A stretch of 64,000 nt of DNA from Halarcobacter sp. (lineage in GTDB: Bacteria; Campylobacterota; Campylobacteria; Campylobacterales; Arcobacteraceae), in the NCBI GenBank assembly GCA_048571215.1, contig CP182352.1:3008001-3072000 (forward strand), written 5' to 3'. Positions 38,246-49,636 of this stretch are shown piece after piece. The stretch's first letter is position 1. Each line of letters opens with the position of its first letter. The position numbers and the translations under genes are program-made. The notes below the pieces were generated by a model. That model was given only the letters and a program-made list of their open reading frames with translations, was not told where the DNA came from and made no database searches.

Positions 38246-40935
38246 GTTTCTGTAGGCAAGTTTATAATAAAACTTGCACCTAGATATTTTTTATCATTAA
38301 AGTTTACACTTTTATTTTTTACTTTTATTGTTGCATTAAACTTATTTAATATATTATAGGTCATATATAAACCTAATCCAGTCCCTTTATACTTATGTTT
38401 AGTGGTAAAATAAGGTTCAAAGATATTGGATAGATTTTCTTCATCAATACCACCTGCATTATCACTAATTATTATTATTACACTATCGTTTTTATCCTCT
38501 ATTTCATAAAATATAACACCATCCATTTGATTATTTAACTTTATTGCATCAATTGAATTATTTATAATATTTATTAAAGATTGCAATAACTCATTAGGAT
38601 TTCCAATAATTTGTTTTGAACTCGTAAGCTTCTTTTCTAAAGTAATTTGATTTGATTTAATTGATGAAGAGATTAATCTAAAAAGATTATCACTTACACT
38701 TTCCAAATCAAATTGTTTTGTACTTTTTTCCCCTTTTATAAAAAGTCTAAAGTCATCTATAGTTTGAGATAAATAGTTTGCATTTGATAAAATTACACTA
38801 GCTTCATCTAAAACTCTTTTTTTATCAAAGGTACCGTACTCATCATAAATACTCCAACTACTTGCTATAGTAGTTATTGCACTTAAAGGCTGTCTCCATT
38901 GGTGGGCAATATTTCCAATCATTTCCCCTATTGCAGCCATTTTTGATTGTTCAATTAAAAGTATCTCTTTATTTTTTATCTCAGAGATATCAATAATAGA
39001 GGTTATACGTATAGTTTTATTATTCATTTTAATATTTGTACCCTTTATAAGGGTTGGAAAAACTGTACCATCAAATTTTATACAATCTATCTCATATGGT
39101 TCAGTATATTCCTCTTTTATTTTCTCTTTTATAAGAGGTAAAGATTTCTCATCTATATAATCTAAGATAAATTTTCCTATTGCATCTTCTTTATTTTTTA
39201 CTTTAAACATCTTTTGTGCAGAATCATTAAGATCAATACAGTAATTTTCATAAGAGAGTATAATTGCTTCTAAAGTACTATTTATAATACTTTGAATCTC
39301 ACTATTAGTCTCTTCCAATTTTTTATTATATTTTTTTAATATATGTTGTCTATATAAAAAAGCTAAAACAACAATTGAAAAGATAAAAAGTATGATATAG
39401 ATAAACTTTTTATTATTTGTTTCTTTAACAACTGATGTTTGAATCCATTTTGAATATATCTCTTTTCTTTCCTGATCTGTAATAGATGCAAAAGTTTTAT
39501 TTATTATAGATAATAAAATGGGATTATCATTTTGTACTAAATAGTGGTGTTCAAAATCAAACTGCGTAACTCCTGATACCTTTAAATCTCTTAGGCTTAA
39601 CTCTGATATATAATACAAAGAGCTTGCTATATGCCCAACAAAAGCATCTGCTTTTCCATTTTCTACCAATAAAAGTGCTTCTAAGATATTTTTAGTGGGG
39701 ATTATTTTTATCTCTGGGAAATTCTTAACCAAAAAATTATAACTTGTATAATATTTAGGAACCGCAATCACACTGTCTCTTAAGTCATTTAAGCCATCAA
39801 TATAAGTAAATTTATTGGTAGTTACAATAACTAATGGGTATTTTGCATATTTGTTAGATATTAAGCCCAAACTTCTTTCTTGTGGACTTGAACCAATACC
39901 AGGAACCAAATCAATCTTTTTTTGCTTAAATTTATCTAATACATCAGGCCAAGAGCTTGCTGGTATAAACTTAAAGTTTAATCCAGTTCTTTTAGATACT
40001 AACTCTAAATAATCCCCCATAATCCCTTTCATCTTATTATCTTCTATTATTGATAAGGGTTTCCAATTAACTTCACTATAAGTAATACTTGGGTTATCAC
40101 TTATATAATCTAACTCCTCTTGTGTCAAACTTATAATATTTTTATTTTCTTGAGCATTAATAATCCATTTATTAGCTAAACGTTTCATTTGTCGAGAATT
40201 AATTTCATGTAAGGATTTTTTTATAATACTTTGCAAAATAGGTTTATCTATATTTATACCAAAATGTAAATCCTCTTTTTTGATACCCTCCAATTCATCC
40301 AAAGGTTTTAATGTTGTATATGCATTTTCATTAATGACCCTTACTCCAGAGGTATAAGAGGAGATAAAATAATCAGCTCTCCCAGTAATAACAGCTTTTG
40401 CTTTTTCAATACTATTACCCACTTCAATAATGTTATATCCCAACTGTTTTAAACTATCAATATAAAATAAGTTTTTACTCACAGCTAATGTTTTATTCTT
40501 TAAACTAGTATTATCAACATAAAGTTCATCACTTTTTAAACCAAAAATATATGTTGGAATCTCATAATAAACTTGAGAATATAAGGTAAAGGCTTCTCTT
40601 TTTTTAGTAAATGAGATATCAGCTATCATATCAACTTTGCCTGTTTTAAAACTATCTAAGGCTTTGCTCCATTTAGATAACTTATAGTCAAATCTTAATC
40701 CACTTATTCGTTCAATCTCTTTAGTAATATCAACACTAAAACCTTCATGTTTACCATTATTTGTATAAGTAAATGGGGGAAAGTTATCAATCATAGCAAT
40801 AGTAACAATAGGATTATTTTTTATCCAAGTTAATTCTTTTTTCGTAAAAATACTTTTTTGTTCTTTTGCAAATAATGAACTATAAAAAAAAGATAGAAAA
40901 AAGATAGAAAAAAAGATAAATAATTGTTTTTTCAT
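38242..40935 (-). CDS. Sensor histidine kinase with two periplasmic binding-protein domains and PAS
   Basis: NFPPF/NWKPLS SBP domains, TM, PAS, NIAHQWRQPL, GTGLGL. Confidence 0.9.
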   Translation of the reverse strand: MKKQLFIFFSIFFLSFFYSSLFAKEQKSIFTKKELTWIKNNPIVTIAMIDNFPPFTYTNNGKHEGFSVDITKEIERISGLRFDYKLSKWSKALDSFKTGKVDMIADISFTKKREAFTLYSQVYYEIPTYIFGLKSDELYVDNTSLKNKTLAVSKNLFYIDSLKQLGYNIIEVGNSIEKAKAVITGRADYFISSYTSGVRVINENAYTTLKPLDELEGIKKEDLHFGINIDKPILQSIIKKSLHEINSRQMKRLANKWIINAQENKNIISLTQEELDYISDNPSITYSEVNWKPLSIIEDNKMKGIMGDYLELVSKRTGLNFKFIPASSWPDVLDKFKQKKIDLVPGIGSSPQERSLGLISNKYAKYPLVIVTTNKFTYIDGLNDLRDSVIAVPKYYTSYNFLVKNFPEIKIIPTKNILEALLLVENGKADAFVGHIASSLYYISELSLRDLKVSGVTQFDFEHHYLVQNDNPILLSIINKTFASITDQERKEIYSKWIQTSVVKETNNKKFIYIILFIFSIVVLAFLYRQHILKKYNKKLEETNSEIQSIINSTLEAIILSYENYCIDLNDSAQKMFKVKNKEDAIGKFILDYIDEKSLPLIKEKIKEEYTEPYEIDCIKFDGTVFPTLIKGTNIKMNNKTIRITSIIDISEIKNKEILLIEQSKMAAIGEMIGNIAHQWRQPLSAITTIASSWSIYDEYGTFDKKRVLDEASVILSNANYLSQTIDDFRLFIKGEKSTKQFDLESVSDNLFRLISSSIKSNQITLEKKLTSSKQIIGNPNELLQSLINIINNSIDAIKLNNQMDGVIFYEIEDKNDSVIIIISDNAGGIDEENLSNIFEPYFTTKHKYKGTGLGLYMTYNILNKFNATIKVKNKSVNFNDKKYLGASFIINLPTET

Positions 40936-41013
40936 TCATATCCTAATTGTTTTCATGTACATAATTAATAAACATATCTTAATAGATATATCTTAATAGA
41001 TATATTTTAATAA

Positions 41014-41685
41014 TTATATTTTATTACTAATTAGCTTATATCCCACACCTCTAATATTTACTATCATTGCACTTTTTAGTTTTTTTTGAAGCTTATGTAT
41101 CATACTTCTCATACTAACAGCTTCTACCTCTTTGTTATCCCAAACATATTCATGTATCATCTGAGTAGTTACAGTTTTATCGATATTATTAATAAATAAT
41201 GTTAATAAAAGTTTTTCTTTTGATGTAAGCTCTATTTCATGCTCATGCTTATAAAGATTTTGTTCACTCATTTTAAATCTAAAACCATTTCCAAGCTCTA
41301 TTATATCTTTGTCTAAATCATTGTTTAATAGTGTTTTGATGTGATATTTTATATGTAAAATCAACTCTTCAAGCTCAAAGGGTTTTTTTAGGTAATCATT
41401 ACATCCTAAATCATAAGCTTTTGAGATATTGTCCATATCAAGTTGGGCACTAACAATTATCACAGGTAAGTTTTCATTCTCTTTTCTAATTTGTTCTAAT
41501 ACCTCATGTCCATTAAAACCTGGAACATTGATATCAAGTATATATAAATCATATCTATTATTTAAAATATGAGTCATCGCCTCGTATCCATCTTTTACAC
41601 TATGAATAAAAAAACCTCTCTCCTCTAAAGCATTAGTAATAAGTCTATTTAGTGAAAAGTCATCTTCTAACAAAAATATCTTCAT
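41014..41685 (-). CDS. OmpR-family response regulator
   Basis: LLEDD, LDINVP, KKPF, winged helix NIRGVGY. Confidence 0.93.
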   Translation of the reverse strand: MKIFLLEDDFSLNRLITNALEERGFFIHSVKDGYEAMTHILNNRYDLYILDINVPGFNGHEVLEQIRKENENLPVIIVSAQLDMDNISKAYDLGCNDYLKKPFELEELILHIKYHIKTLLNNDLDKDIIELGNGFRFKMSEQNLYKHEHEIELTSKEKLLLTLFINNIDKTVTTQMIHEYVWDNKEVEAVSMRSMIHKLQKKLKSAMIVNIRGVGYKLISNKI

Positions 41686-42740
41686 ATATCACTCTTTACA
41701 ACAGAATCAATAAAAAAAGTAAAACAACTTCCCTCATTTTTTTTACTTTTTACATCTATTTTTATCTCATATTTATCACAAATCTCTTTTACAATATTTA
41801 AACCTAAGCCTAGTCCCATTTTTTTATTTGATTGCTGATAATAGGCATCAAAAATCTTATCAACATTTTCCATACCTATACCAAAATCTTCTATTGTAAT
41901 AACTGCCTTTCCATCTTCCAGACCAAAATATATAATAATTTCAGATGACTCTTTACTATATTTTATTGCATTACTAATTGTATTATCAATAATTCTTTCA
42001 AACTCATAGGCATTTATAAAAATATTTAAATCATCACTATACTCTAAAATTATATGGATATCTTTTGTATTTGCCAACTCATCAAAAAACTGAACCCTAG
42101 AACTAATAAAATCCAATAGATTAATCTGCTTAATTTTATATTCTCTATTCTCTTTTTTAATCTTATATGAAAGATCCCCATAAATTGAAGATAGGGTTTT
42201 AGTTGAAGCTTTTATAGCATTTATCTCATTTGACATCCCATTACGTTTTTCTAAAATCTCACTATTTAAAGAGATTATTGTAACAGGGGTATTCATCTCA
42301 TGCATAATCTTTTTTACAAACAAGTCTTGTTGTTCCAATAATTTGGCAATGGTGATTTTACTTTTATGTATCTCAAGTTGGGTTTTAACCCTAGCAATTA
42401 TCTCTTTTGGCTCAAAGGGTTTGGTAATATAATCAACTCCACCCTCTTCAAAAGCCCTTACTTTATCTTCTATACTATCCAAAGCAGAGATAAATATAAT
42501 AGGTATATCTTTTAATTCATCCTCTTTTTTTATAAGCCTACAAAGTTCATACCCATCCATTTTTGGCATTTTTATATCAAGAAGGATTAAATGGGGGATA
42601 TCTAGTTTTGCAGCATTTAAAGCCATACTTGCATCGGGTGTTGCTCTTATATCATATTCATCACAACTTAATACCTCATCTAGATATTTAAGGTTTTCAA
42701 TTTTGTCATCAACTACCAATATAGTATATTTTTTATCCAT
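41682..42740 (-). CDS. REC-histidine kinase hybrid (cytoplasmic)
   Basis: VVDD, LLDIKMP, TKPF, MHEMNTP, NAIKYS, GLGLGL. Confidence 0.9.
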   Translation of the reverse strand: MDKKYTILVVDDKIENLKYLDEVLSCDEYDIRATPDASMALNAAKLDIPHLILLDIKMPKMDGYELCRLIKKEDELKDIPIIFISALDSIEDKVRAFEEGGVDYITKPFEPKEIIARVKTQLEIHKSKITIAKLLEQQDLFVKKIMHEMNTPVTIISLNSEILEKRNGMSNEINAIKASTKTLSSIYGDLSYKIKKENREYKIKQINLLDFISSRVQFFDELANTKDIHIILEYSDDLNIFINAYEFERIIDNTISNAIKYSKESSEIIIYFGLEDGKAVITIEDFGIGMENVDKIFDAYYQQSNKKMGLGLGLNIVKEICDKYEIKIDVKSKKNEGSCFTFFIDSVVKSDI

Positions 42741-42810
42741 GTTTATCTTATCTTAGCCATTTATTTTAGTTATTATAACCTAAATTAATAGGAAAAAAAT
42801 ATATAGCTGT

Positions 42811-45441
42811 ATGAAACTTAAACAACTTTTTATACTTTTACTAATTGCAAACTCAATTGCACTAACAAGCGTAGTATTTATTTTAAGTGAATATCAAAAT
42901 GCCATAAAAAAACTAGAAGATGCCTATGCTATGCAACATAGGTCCCTAATCCTAGCAGACGAACTAAGACAAAGTAGCGATGATTTGACGAGAATGGCAA
43001 GAACCCATGTAATAACAGGCAAAGAGATGTTTAAAAAGCAGTTTCACACTGTACTTGATATTAGAAATGGGCTTAAACCTAGACCAAAAAACTATAATAG
43101 AATATATTGGGATTTTTACACCCTAAGCAACTCTAAACCTACACTAGATGGAAAGCAAATATCTCTTCGAAAACTTATGAAAAAAGCAGGCTTTCCCGAA
43201 GAGGAATTAGAACTTTTATATAAATCCCAACAGGAATCAGATGATTTAACAAATTTAGAAACAAAAGCTATGAATGCTATAAAAGGGATTTTTCAAGACA
43301 AAGATGGCAACTATACCATAAAAAAAGAGCCTGATTTTGCCCTAGCCAGACAGATTATGCATGGGGATGAGTACCATAAAGCAAAAATTGCCATAATGAA
43401 ACCTTTAAATGAGTTTTATAAAGCCTTTGAAACAAGAACAAAAAAAAGAGTAGATGAAGCCCATGAAACAGTAAAAAAAATGGAATCATATCTTAGTGTT
43501 TCTGTTTTAGTACTCATTTTACTATTTATCTTTTCTTTCATCTTTGTTATTCTTTATAGAATCATCCATCCAATAGAAACTTTAAACAAAGGGATGTTAA
43601 GTTTAGCCAAAAACAATATGGATATAACCCTTCCCCCAAAGGTTTTTATGGATGAGGTTAGTGAAATGATAGGGGCTGTTGAGGTTTTTAAAAATAATGC
43701 TATTGAACTTATGGCATCACAACAACAAAATAAAAGGCTTCTTGATTTGGCAGGTGAAGGGATTTTTGGTTTGGATGCAAAGGGAAGATTTATCTTTGTA
43801 AATCCAACAGCTTCAAAACTTCTAGGATATAGTTCTGAGGAATTAATAGGTAAATATATAAATAAAACTATTGGCAAACACCTTTTTGAAAAAGGTTCAC
43901 AACAAAAACAAAGACTAATGTTAGTTCATAAAGAGGAGCAAACTTTTATCTCAAAAGAGGGGAAAAAATTTCCTATTGATTATGTAAGTACTCCTATTTC
44001 TAATAATGAAAGTTCAGTATTAGAAGGTTCTGTAGTAGTATTTAGTGATATTACTAAAAGAAAACAAAATGAAAATGACCTAAAAAAAGCTACAATAGAA
44101 GCACAAAATGCCAATAGAACCAAATCTTTATTTCTAACAAATATGTCCCATGAGTTAAGAACACCTTTAAATGCAATCTTAGGTTTTACTTCCCTTCTGA
44201 AAAAATCTTCAAATATCTCAAGCTTGGAAAAAGAAAACCTACATACTATACACAATAGTGGAAACCACCTATTATCTCTTATAAATGAGATACTAGAATT
44301 TGCAAAAATTGAAGCAGGAAAAATCTCCATAAACAATCAAGAGATAAATCTTTATAAACTTTTAGAAGATATTGAATCTATGTTTAATAATAGATGCAAA
44401 GATAAAGGATTGGACTTTTCATTTAATATCGATGAAAATGTACCAAAATATGTTTTATGTGATGAAAAAAGAGTTAAACAAATCTTTATCAATATTTTAG
44501 GCAATGCTCTGAAATTTACACAAAAAGGGTCAATAAAAACTAATATACTCTATTTAAACAATAAACTTGATGTAACTATAACTGATAGTGGGATAGGGAT
44601 GAGTGAAGAGGAACAAAAACTTATATTTAAACCCTTTGAGCAACTAAGTCAATCCAAAGATAAATTTGAAGGAACTGGACTTGGTTTATCCATTACAAAA
44701 GAGTTAGTTGAAAAGATGGATGGAGTTATAAGTGTTGAAAGCAATAAAAATTTTGGTTCAACTTTTAATTTCAAAATCAAACTTCAAAGTATAGATAAAA
44801 TACAAGAAAATATACAACTTGAAAGTTTAAGCTTAAAAAAGATTGAGGGTTCAACAGAAAATATAAAAATCCTAGTAGCAGATGATACAAAAGTAAATAG
44901 AGATCTTTTAGTTCAAATACTAAATGGTTTTAATCTTAAGACATCAGAAGCAAATGATGGTGTAGAGGTTCTTCAAAAATGCAAAGATGAAAAGTTTGAT
45001 TTGATTTTTATGGATATATTGATGCCAAATCTTGATGGACTTGAAACAACTAAAAAATTAAAAGGGGATGAAGATTATAAAGATATCCCTATAGTTGCAA
45101 TTTCTGCCAATGTATTTGAGGATGATAAACAAAAAGCTTTTGCTGCAGGGGCTGATAAATTCTTAAGTAAACCCTTTGAGGAAAACGATATTATCCTAAC
45201 ATTAAAAGAGTTTTTAAGTTTAGAATTTGTTTATGAAAAATCTACTAAAGAGCAAGAGATTATCCTTGATAAAGAACTATCAAAACAAATAAATACTTAT
45301 GCTTCAAGACTTGATGGAATAAATATATTAAAACTTCTAGAGGAAAATCCTATTGATAATTTTACAAAAGAAAAAATCTCTACTTTAATAAAAGAGTATA
45401 AATTTGATGAATTGATCTCTTTATGTTCTAAAACCTTATAA
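42811..45441 (+). CDS. Hybrid sensor kinase (periplasmic-HAMP-PAS-HisKA-HATPase-REC)
   Basis: MSHELRTPLN, GNALKFT, GTGLGL, FMDILMP, SKPF. Confidence 0.92.
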   Translation: MKLKQLFILLLIANSIALTSVVFILSEYQNAIKKLEDAYAMQHRSLILADELRQSSDDLTRMARTHVITGKEMFKKQFHTVLDIRNGLKPRPKNYNRIYWDFYTLSNSKPTLDGKQISLRKLMKKAGFPEEELELLYKSQQESDDLTNLETKAMNAIKGIFQDKDGNYTIKKEPDFALARQIMHGDEYHKAKIAIMKPLNEFYKAFETRTKKRVDEAHETVKKMESYLSVSVLVLILLFIFSFIFVILYRIIHPIETLNKGMLSLAKNNMDITLPPKVFMDEVSEMIGAVEVFKNNAIELMASQQQNKRLLDLAGEGIFGLDAKGRFIFVNPTASKLLGYSSEELIGKYINKTIGKHLFEKGSQQKQRLMLVHKEEQTFISKEGKKFPIDYVSTPISNNESSVLEGSVVVFSDITKRKQNENDLKKATIEAQNANRTKSLFLTNMSHELRTPLNAILGFTSLLKKSSNISSLEKENLHTIHNSGNHLLSLINEILEFAKIEAGKISINNQEINLYKLLEDIESMFNNRCKDKGLDFSFNIDENVPKYVLCDEKRVKQIFINILGNALKFTQKGSIKTNILYLNNKLDVTITDSGIGMSEEEQKLIFKPFEQLSQSKDKFEGTGLGLSITKELVEKMDGVISVESNKNFGSTFNFKIKLQSIDKIQENIQLESLSLKKIEGSTENIKILVADDTKVNRDLLVQILNGFNLKTSEANDGVEVLQKCKDEKFDLIFMDILMPNLDGLETTKKLKGDEDYKDIPIVAISANVFEDDKQKAFAAGADKFLSKPFEENDIILTLKEFLSLEFVYEKSTKEQEIILDKELSKQINTYASRLDGINILKLLEENPIDNFTKEKISTLIKEYKFDELISLCSKTL

Positions 45442-45484
45442 TGTCTAGTTTCTATACAGTAAAAAAACTCTCTTAATAAAAAAG

Positions 45485-45515
45485 CAACACTAAAACAACA
45501 CTTCTTTTTTATACT
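45485..45515 (+). promoter_or_regulatory. Direct-repeat response-regulator box plus -10 upstream of urtA
   Basis: CAACACT-AAAA-CAACACT (11-bp period) then TATACT at 45510. Confidence 0.65.
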
Positions 45516-45546
45516 TCTTTAGTCTTAAATCTTACAAGGAGAAATT

Positions 45547-46827
45547 ATGAAGAAAATGTTGGCAAAATCATTGTCAATCGCTGCTTTAGTTGCAATGGGT
45601 ACACTTGCACAAGCTGCTGATACAATCAAAGTTGGTGTTTTACACTCACTATCTGGAACTATGGCTATTAGTGAAACAACACTAAAAGATACAGTTCTAA
45701 TGCTTATTGATGAGCAAAATAAAAGAGGTGGTGTTTTAGGGAAAAAACTAGAACCTGTAGTTGTAGATCCTGCTTCAAACTGGCCTTTATTTGCTGAAAA
45801 AATGAGAGGTTTATTAACACAAGATAAAGTTGATGTAACTTTCGGTTGTTGGACTTCTGTATCAAGAAAATCTGTTTTACCAGTTGTTGAAGAGTTAAAT
45901 GGTCTATTATTTTACCCTGTACAATATGAGGGTGAAGAATCTTCTAAAAATGTATTTTATACGGGTGCTGCACCAAACCAACAAGCAATTCCTGCTGTTG
46001 ATTACCTAATGAATGAAGTTGGTGTTAAAAGATGGGTTCTTGCTGGAACTGATTATGTTTATCCAAGAACAACAAACAAAATCTTAGAGGCATACTTAAA
46101 AGCTAAAGGTGTAAAAGCAAAAGATATTATGATTAACTATACTCCATTTGGTCACTCAGATTGGCAATCAATTGTATCTGATATCAAAAAATTTGGTTCT
46201 GCTGGTAAAAAAACAGCTGTTGTTTCAACTATCAATGGAGATGCTAATGTTCCTTTTTATAAAGAGTTAGGGAACCAAGGTATTAGTGCTGAAGATATTC
46301 CTGTAATAGCTTTCTCAGTTGGGGAAGAGGAGTTATCAGGTATCGATACTAAACCACTTGTTGGTCACCTTGCAGCATGGAACTATTTCCAAAGTGCAGA
46401 ATCTGATGCAAATGAAAAATTCATCGCTTCATGGAAAAAATTTATCAAAAATGATAAAAGAGTTACTAATGACCCAATGGAAGCTACATATATTGGATTT
46501 AACCTTTGGGTAAAAGCTGTTGAAAAAGCTGGAACTACAGATGTAGATAAAGTAAGAGAGGCAATCATTGGTTTATCTGTTCCAAACCTTACAGGTGGAA
46601 CTGCAACAATGTTAAAAAACCACCATATCACAAAACCTGTTTTAATTGGAGAGATTCAAGAAAACGGTCAATTTGAAACAGTATGGTCAACAGAAGAAGA
46701 GGTTGCAGGTGATGCTTGGTCTGATTTCTTACCATCATCAAAAGATGTAATTTCTGATTGGACTGCACCAATTAATTGTGGTAACTACAATACTGTAACT
46801 AAACAATGTTCAGGACAAAACTACTAA
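45547..46827 (+). CDS. urtA: Urea ABC transporter substrate-binding protein
   Basis: GVLHSLSGTMAISE, FGCWTSVSRK, YPVQYEG, GTDYVYPR. Confidence 0.95.
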   Translation: MKKMLAKSLSIAALVAMGTLAQAADTIKVGVLHSLSGTMAISETTLKDTVLMLIDEQNKRGGVLGKKLEPVVVDPASNWPLFAEKMRGLLTQDKVDVTFGCWTSVSRKSVLPVVEELNGLLFYPVQYEGEESSKNVFYTGAAPNQQAIPAVDYLMNEVGVKRWVLAGTDYVYPRTTNKILEAYLKAKGVKAKDIMINYTPFGHSDWQSIVSDIKKFGSAGKKTAVVSTINGDANVPFYKELGNQGISAEDIPVIAFSVGEEELSGIDTKPLVGHLAAWNYFQSAESDANEKFIASWKKFIKNDKRVTNDPMEATYIGFNLWVKAVEKAGTTDVDKVREAIIGLSVPNLTGGTATMLKNHHITKPVLIGEIQENGQFETVWSTEEEVAGDAWSDFLPSSKDVISDWTAPINCGNYNTVTKQCSGQNY

Positions 46828-46830
46828 ATG

Positions 46831-46857
46831 TAAAAGAGAGTTAAACCTCTCTTTTAT
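46831..46857 (+). other. Stem-loop after urtA
   Basis: TAAAAGAGAG-TTAAAC-CTCTCTTTTA. Confidence 0.65.
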
Positions 46858-46879
46858 AAATACTCGATTGGAAACTAAT

Positions 46880-48481
46880 ATGAAATCTACAATTATAAAA
46901 ATAATATTTCTTAATTTACTGCTTATAAGCTCTATTTTTGCAAATAGCCTTAAAGAAGATATAAACCAACTTAAAACAAATAGTTTAAAGAAAAAAGCAC
47001 AAGTTGTAAAAAGTTTATATGAGAACTATCCCCAAGAAGATAAACTAAATCTTTTATTATCAAAAATGGTTACAAGTGACCTTTATTATAAAGAAAGTGA
47101 TGGAACTTTTTTAATAATCACAAAAAAAGAGGGGGAAAACTACCATACAGTACAACTATTTGATGAAACAAAAGAGGAAGTTATAAATAAAAAAGAGCTA
47201 GACAAAGTAAAAACTAACAATAAATTAAGAAGTATTATCAAAGGTATATTAGCTCAAATGAATCTATTTTCAAAAAAATATGAGATTAGATTAAAATCAG
47301 CAAAAAATATTTTAGCTAATGTAACAAAAGATGATGAAGCACTCTTAGAAAAAGCCCTAAAACTTGAAACAAATGCGAAAATAAGAGAGGTCTTACTTGA
47401 AGCAAAAACGATTTTAGATGCAAAAACAAAAAGTGGATTTGAACAAATCAAAGCAGTATCTGCCCTAGGAGAGTTTATCTCATCTGATTCCCTAGCAACC
47501 CTAAAAAAAATAGAAACTACAACAGATAATAAAGAGTTAAAAGAGCTTGCAAAAAAATCTATTAGCCAAGTTGAGAGTTCTAGATCATTTTATTCATTTA
47601 TTGAAACAGCATTTTTTGGTCTTAGTATGGGATCTGTTTTATTACTTGCGGCAATAGGACTTGCAATAACCTTTGGAGTTATGAAAGTTATCAATATGGC
47701 ACATGGGGAGATGATGATGATTGGAGCATATACAACTTATACCTTGCAACAAGTTATGCCAAATCTAATTGAGTATTCAATCCTTATAGCAATCCCTGTT
47801 GCCTTTATAGTAAGTGGTATTGTAGGGATTATAATAGAAAGGTTAGTTATAAGACACCTATATGGAAGACCTTTAGAAACCTTACTTGCTACCTTTGGGA
47901 TAAGTTTAATTTTACAACAATTAGTAAGAACAATCTATTCACCTTTAAATCAAGAGGTTAAAACTCCATCTTGGATGAGTGGAGCTTGGGAGATAAATAG
48001 TGCCTTGTCTTTAACATACAATAGGCTTTATATTATCATTTTTGCCATACTTGTTTTTGTGGGAATATTACTTATTTTAAATAAAACTTCACTGGGATTA
48101 AAGGTTCGTGCGGTAACACAAAATAGACAAATGGCACAAGCTATGGGGATAAAAACCTCTTTAATAGATGCTATGACTTTTGGTATTGGTTCAGGGATCG
48201 CTGGTATTGCAGGGGTTGCCTTATCACAACTTACAAATGTGGGACCAAATTTAGGACAGGCATATATTGTAGATAGTTTTATGGTTGTAGTATTTGGGGG
48301 AGTTGGTAACCTTTGGGGTACACTAATAGCAGCATTTACCCTTGGTGAAATAAATAAATTTATAGAGCCAGTTGCGGGTGCTGTATTAGCAAAAGTGATT
48401 ATCTTAGTATTTATAATTTTATTTATTCAAAAAAGACCTAGAGGATTATTTCCTCAAAAAGGTCGAGATGCACAGGATTAA
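46880..48481 (+). CDS. urtB: Urea ABC transporter permease
   Basis: GLAITFGVMKVINMAHGE, RPLETLLATFG, RPRGLF. Confidence 0.93.
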   Translation: MKSTIIKIIFLNLLLISSIFANSLKEDINQLKTNSLKKKAQVVKSLYENYPQEDKLNLLLSKMVTSDLYYKESDGTFLIITKKEGENYHTVQLFDETKEEVINKKELDKVKTNNKLRSIIKGILAQMNLFSKKYEIRLKSAKNILANVTKDDEALLEKALKLETNAKIREVLLEAKTILDAKTKSGFEQIKAVSALGEFISSDSLATLKKIETTTDNKELKELAKKSISQVESSRSFYSFIETAFFGLSMGSVLLLAAIGLAITFGVMKVINMAHGEMMMIGAYTTYTLQQVMPNLIEYSILIAIPVAFIVSGIVGIIIERLVIRHLYGRPLETLLATFGISLILQQLVRTIYSPLNQEVKTPSWMSGAWEINSALSLTYNRLYIIIFAILVFVGILLILNKTSLGLKVRAVTQNRQMAQAMGIKTSLIDAMTFGIGSGIAGIAGVALSQLTNVGPNLGQAYIVDSFMVVVFGGVGNLWGTLIAAFTLGEINKFIEPVAGAVLAKVIILVFIILFIQKRPRGLFPQKGRDAQD

Positions 48482-48484
48482 AAG

Positions 48485-49636
48485 ATGACAAAAACAGAAA
48501 ATACAAATAAAAGAAAACCTATACTTCTAAAAATTTTAGAAAATGATCGTGGAGGTAAAATAGTATTATCTATACTATTTGTTGTAGTACTTTATGTATC
48601 TATAGCAAATCTATTTTTCCCACCAGATTCTATTCTTTATGTTTCAACATATACAGTAACTCTACTTGGGAAGTATCTAGCCTTTGCTTTACTTGCCCTA
48701 GCACTTGATTTAGTTTGGGGATACATTGGGATACTAAGTCTGGGACATGGGGCATTTTTTGCCCTTGGTGGATATGCTTTTGCTATGTACCTTATGAGAC
48801 AAATTGGAGATAGAGGAGTTTATGGAAACCCTGATTTGCCTGACTTTATGGTTTTTATGAACCTAAAAGAACTACCTTGGTTTTGGTATGGTTTTGATAA
48901 CCCTTTATTTACTATGTTTATGGTGGCTTTAGTTCCTGCATTTTTAGCTTTTGTTTTTGGTTATTTAGCATTTAGATCTAGAGTTACAGGGGTTTACTTA
49001 TCTATCATAACCCAAGCTATGACCTATGCTTTGATGTTAGCATTTTTTAGAAATGATATGGGTTTTGGTGGGAATAATGGCTTAACAGATTTTAAAGATG
49101 TTCTTGGTTTTGATTTACAAGCAGACTCAACAAGAATTGCCCTTTTGATTATCTCATTTTTAGCTTTATTTGCAGGGTATTTAATTGCAAGATTTATTAT
49201 AAACTCTAGACTTGGTCGTGTTTGTATAGCTATTAGAGATGCAGAGAGTAGAACTAGATTTATAGGTTATAGGGTTGAACAATACAAACTATTTATTTTT
49301 GTGGTATCTGCTATATTAGCAGGAATTGCAGGGGCACTTTATGTTCCACAAGTGGGAATTATAAACCCAGGTGTTTTTTCACCACTATTTTCAATTGAGC
49401 TTGTTATTTGGGTAGCAATTGGAGGGCGAGGAACCTTATATGGAGCAATTGTTGGAGCTTTTATAGTAAATTATGCAAGTACTTATTTTACTTCCGCTCT
49501 TCCAGAAGTTTGGTTATATGCTTTAGGTGGATTATTTGTTGTGGTAACCCTATTTTTGCCACGTGGTGTAGTGGGATTAATCTCTAAAATAAAACTAACA
49601 AAACAAAACAAAGAGGTTCAAAATGCAGCTGCTTAA
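48485..49636 (+). CDS. urtC: Urea ABC transporter permease
   Basis: LPDFMVF, GVYLSIITQA, GGNNGLTDF, AIRDAESR. Confidence 0.93.
   Translation: MTKTENTNKRKPILLKILENDRGGKIVLSILFVVVLYVSIANLFFPPDSILYVSTYTVTLLGKYLAFALLALALDLVWGYIGILSLGHGAFFALGGYAFAMYLMRQIGDRGVYGNPDLPDFMVFMNLKELPWFWYGFDNPLFTMFMVALVPAFLAFVFGYLAFRSRVTGVYLSIITQAMTYALMLAFFRNDMGFGGNNGLTDFKDVLGFDLQADSTRIALLIISFLALFAGYLIARFIINSRLGRVCIAIRDAESRTRFIGYRVEQYKLFIFVVSAILAGIAGALYVPQVGIINPGVFSPLFSIELVIWVAIGGRGTLYGAIVGAFIVNYASTYFTSALPEVWLYALGGLFVVVTLFLPRGVVGLISKIKLTKQNKEVQNAAA

Noticed and set aside
40974..41015. 14-bp tandem repeat ATATCTTAATAGAT
   Set aside because: Two exact copies in AT-rich DNA; probably slippage, no spacers, not CRISPR
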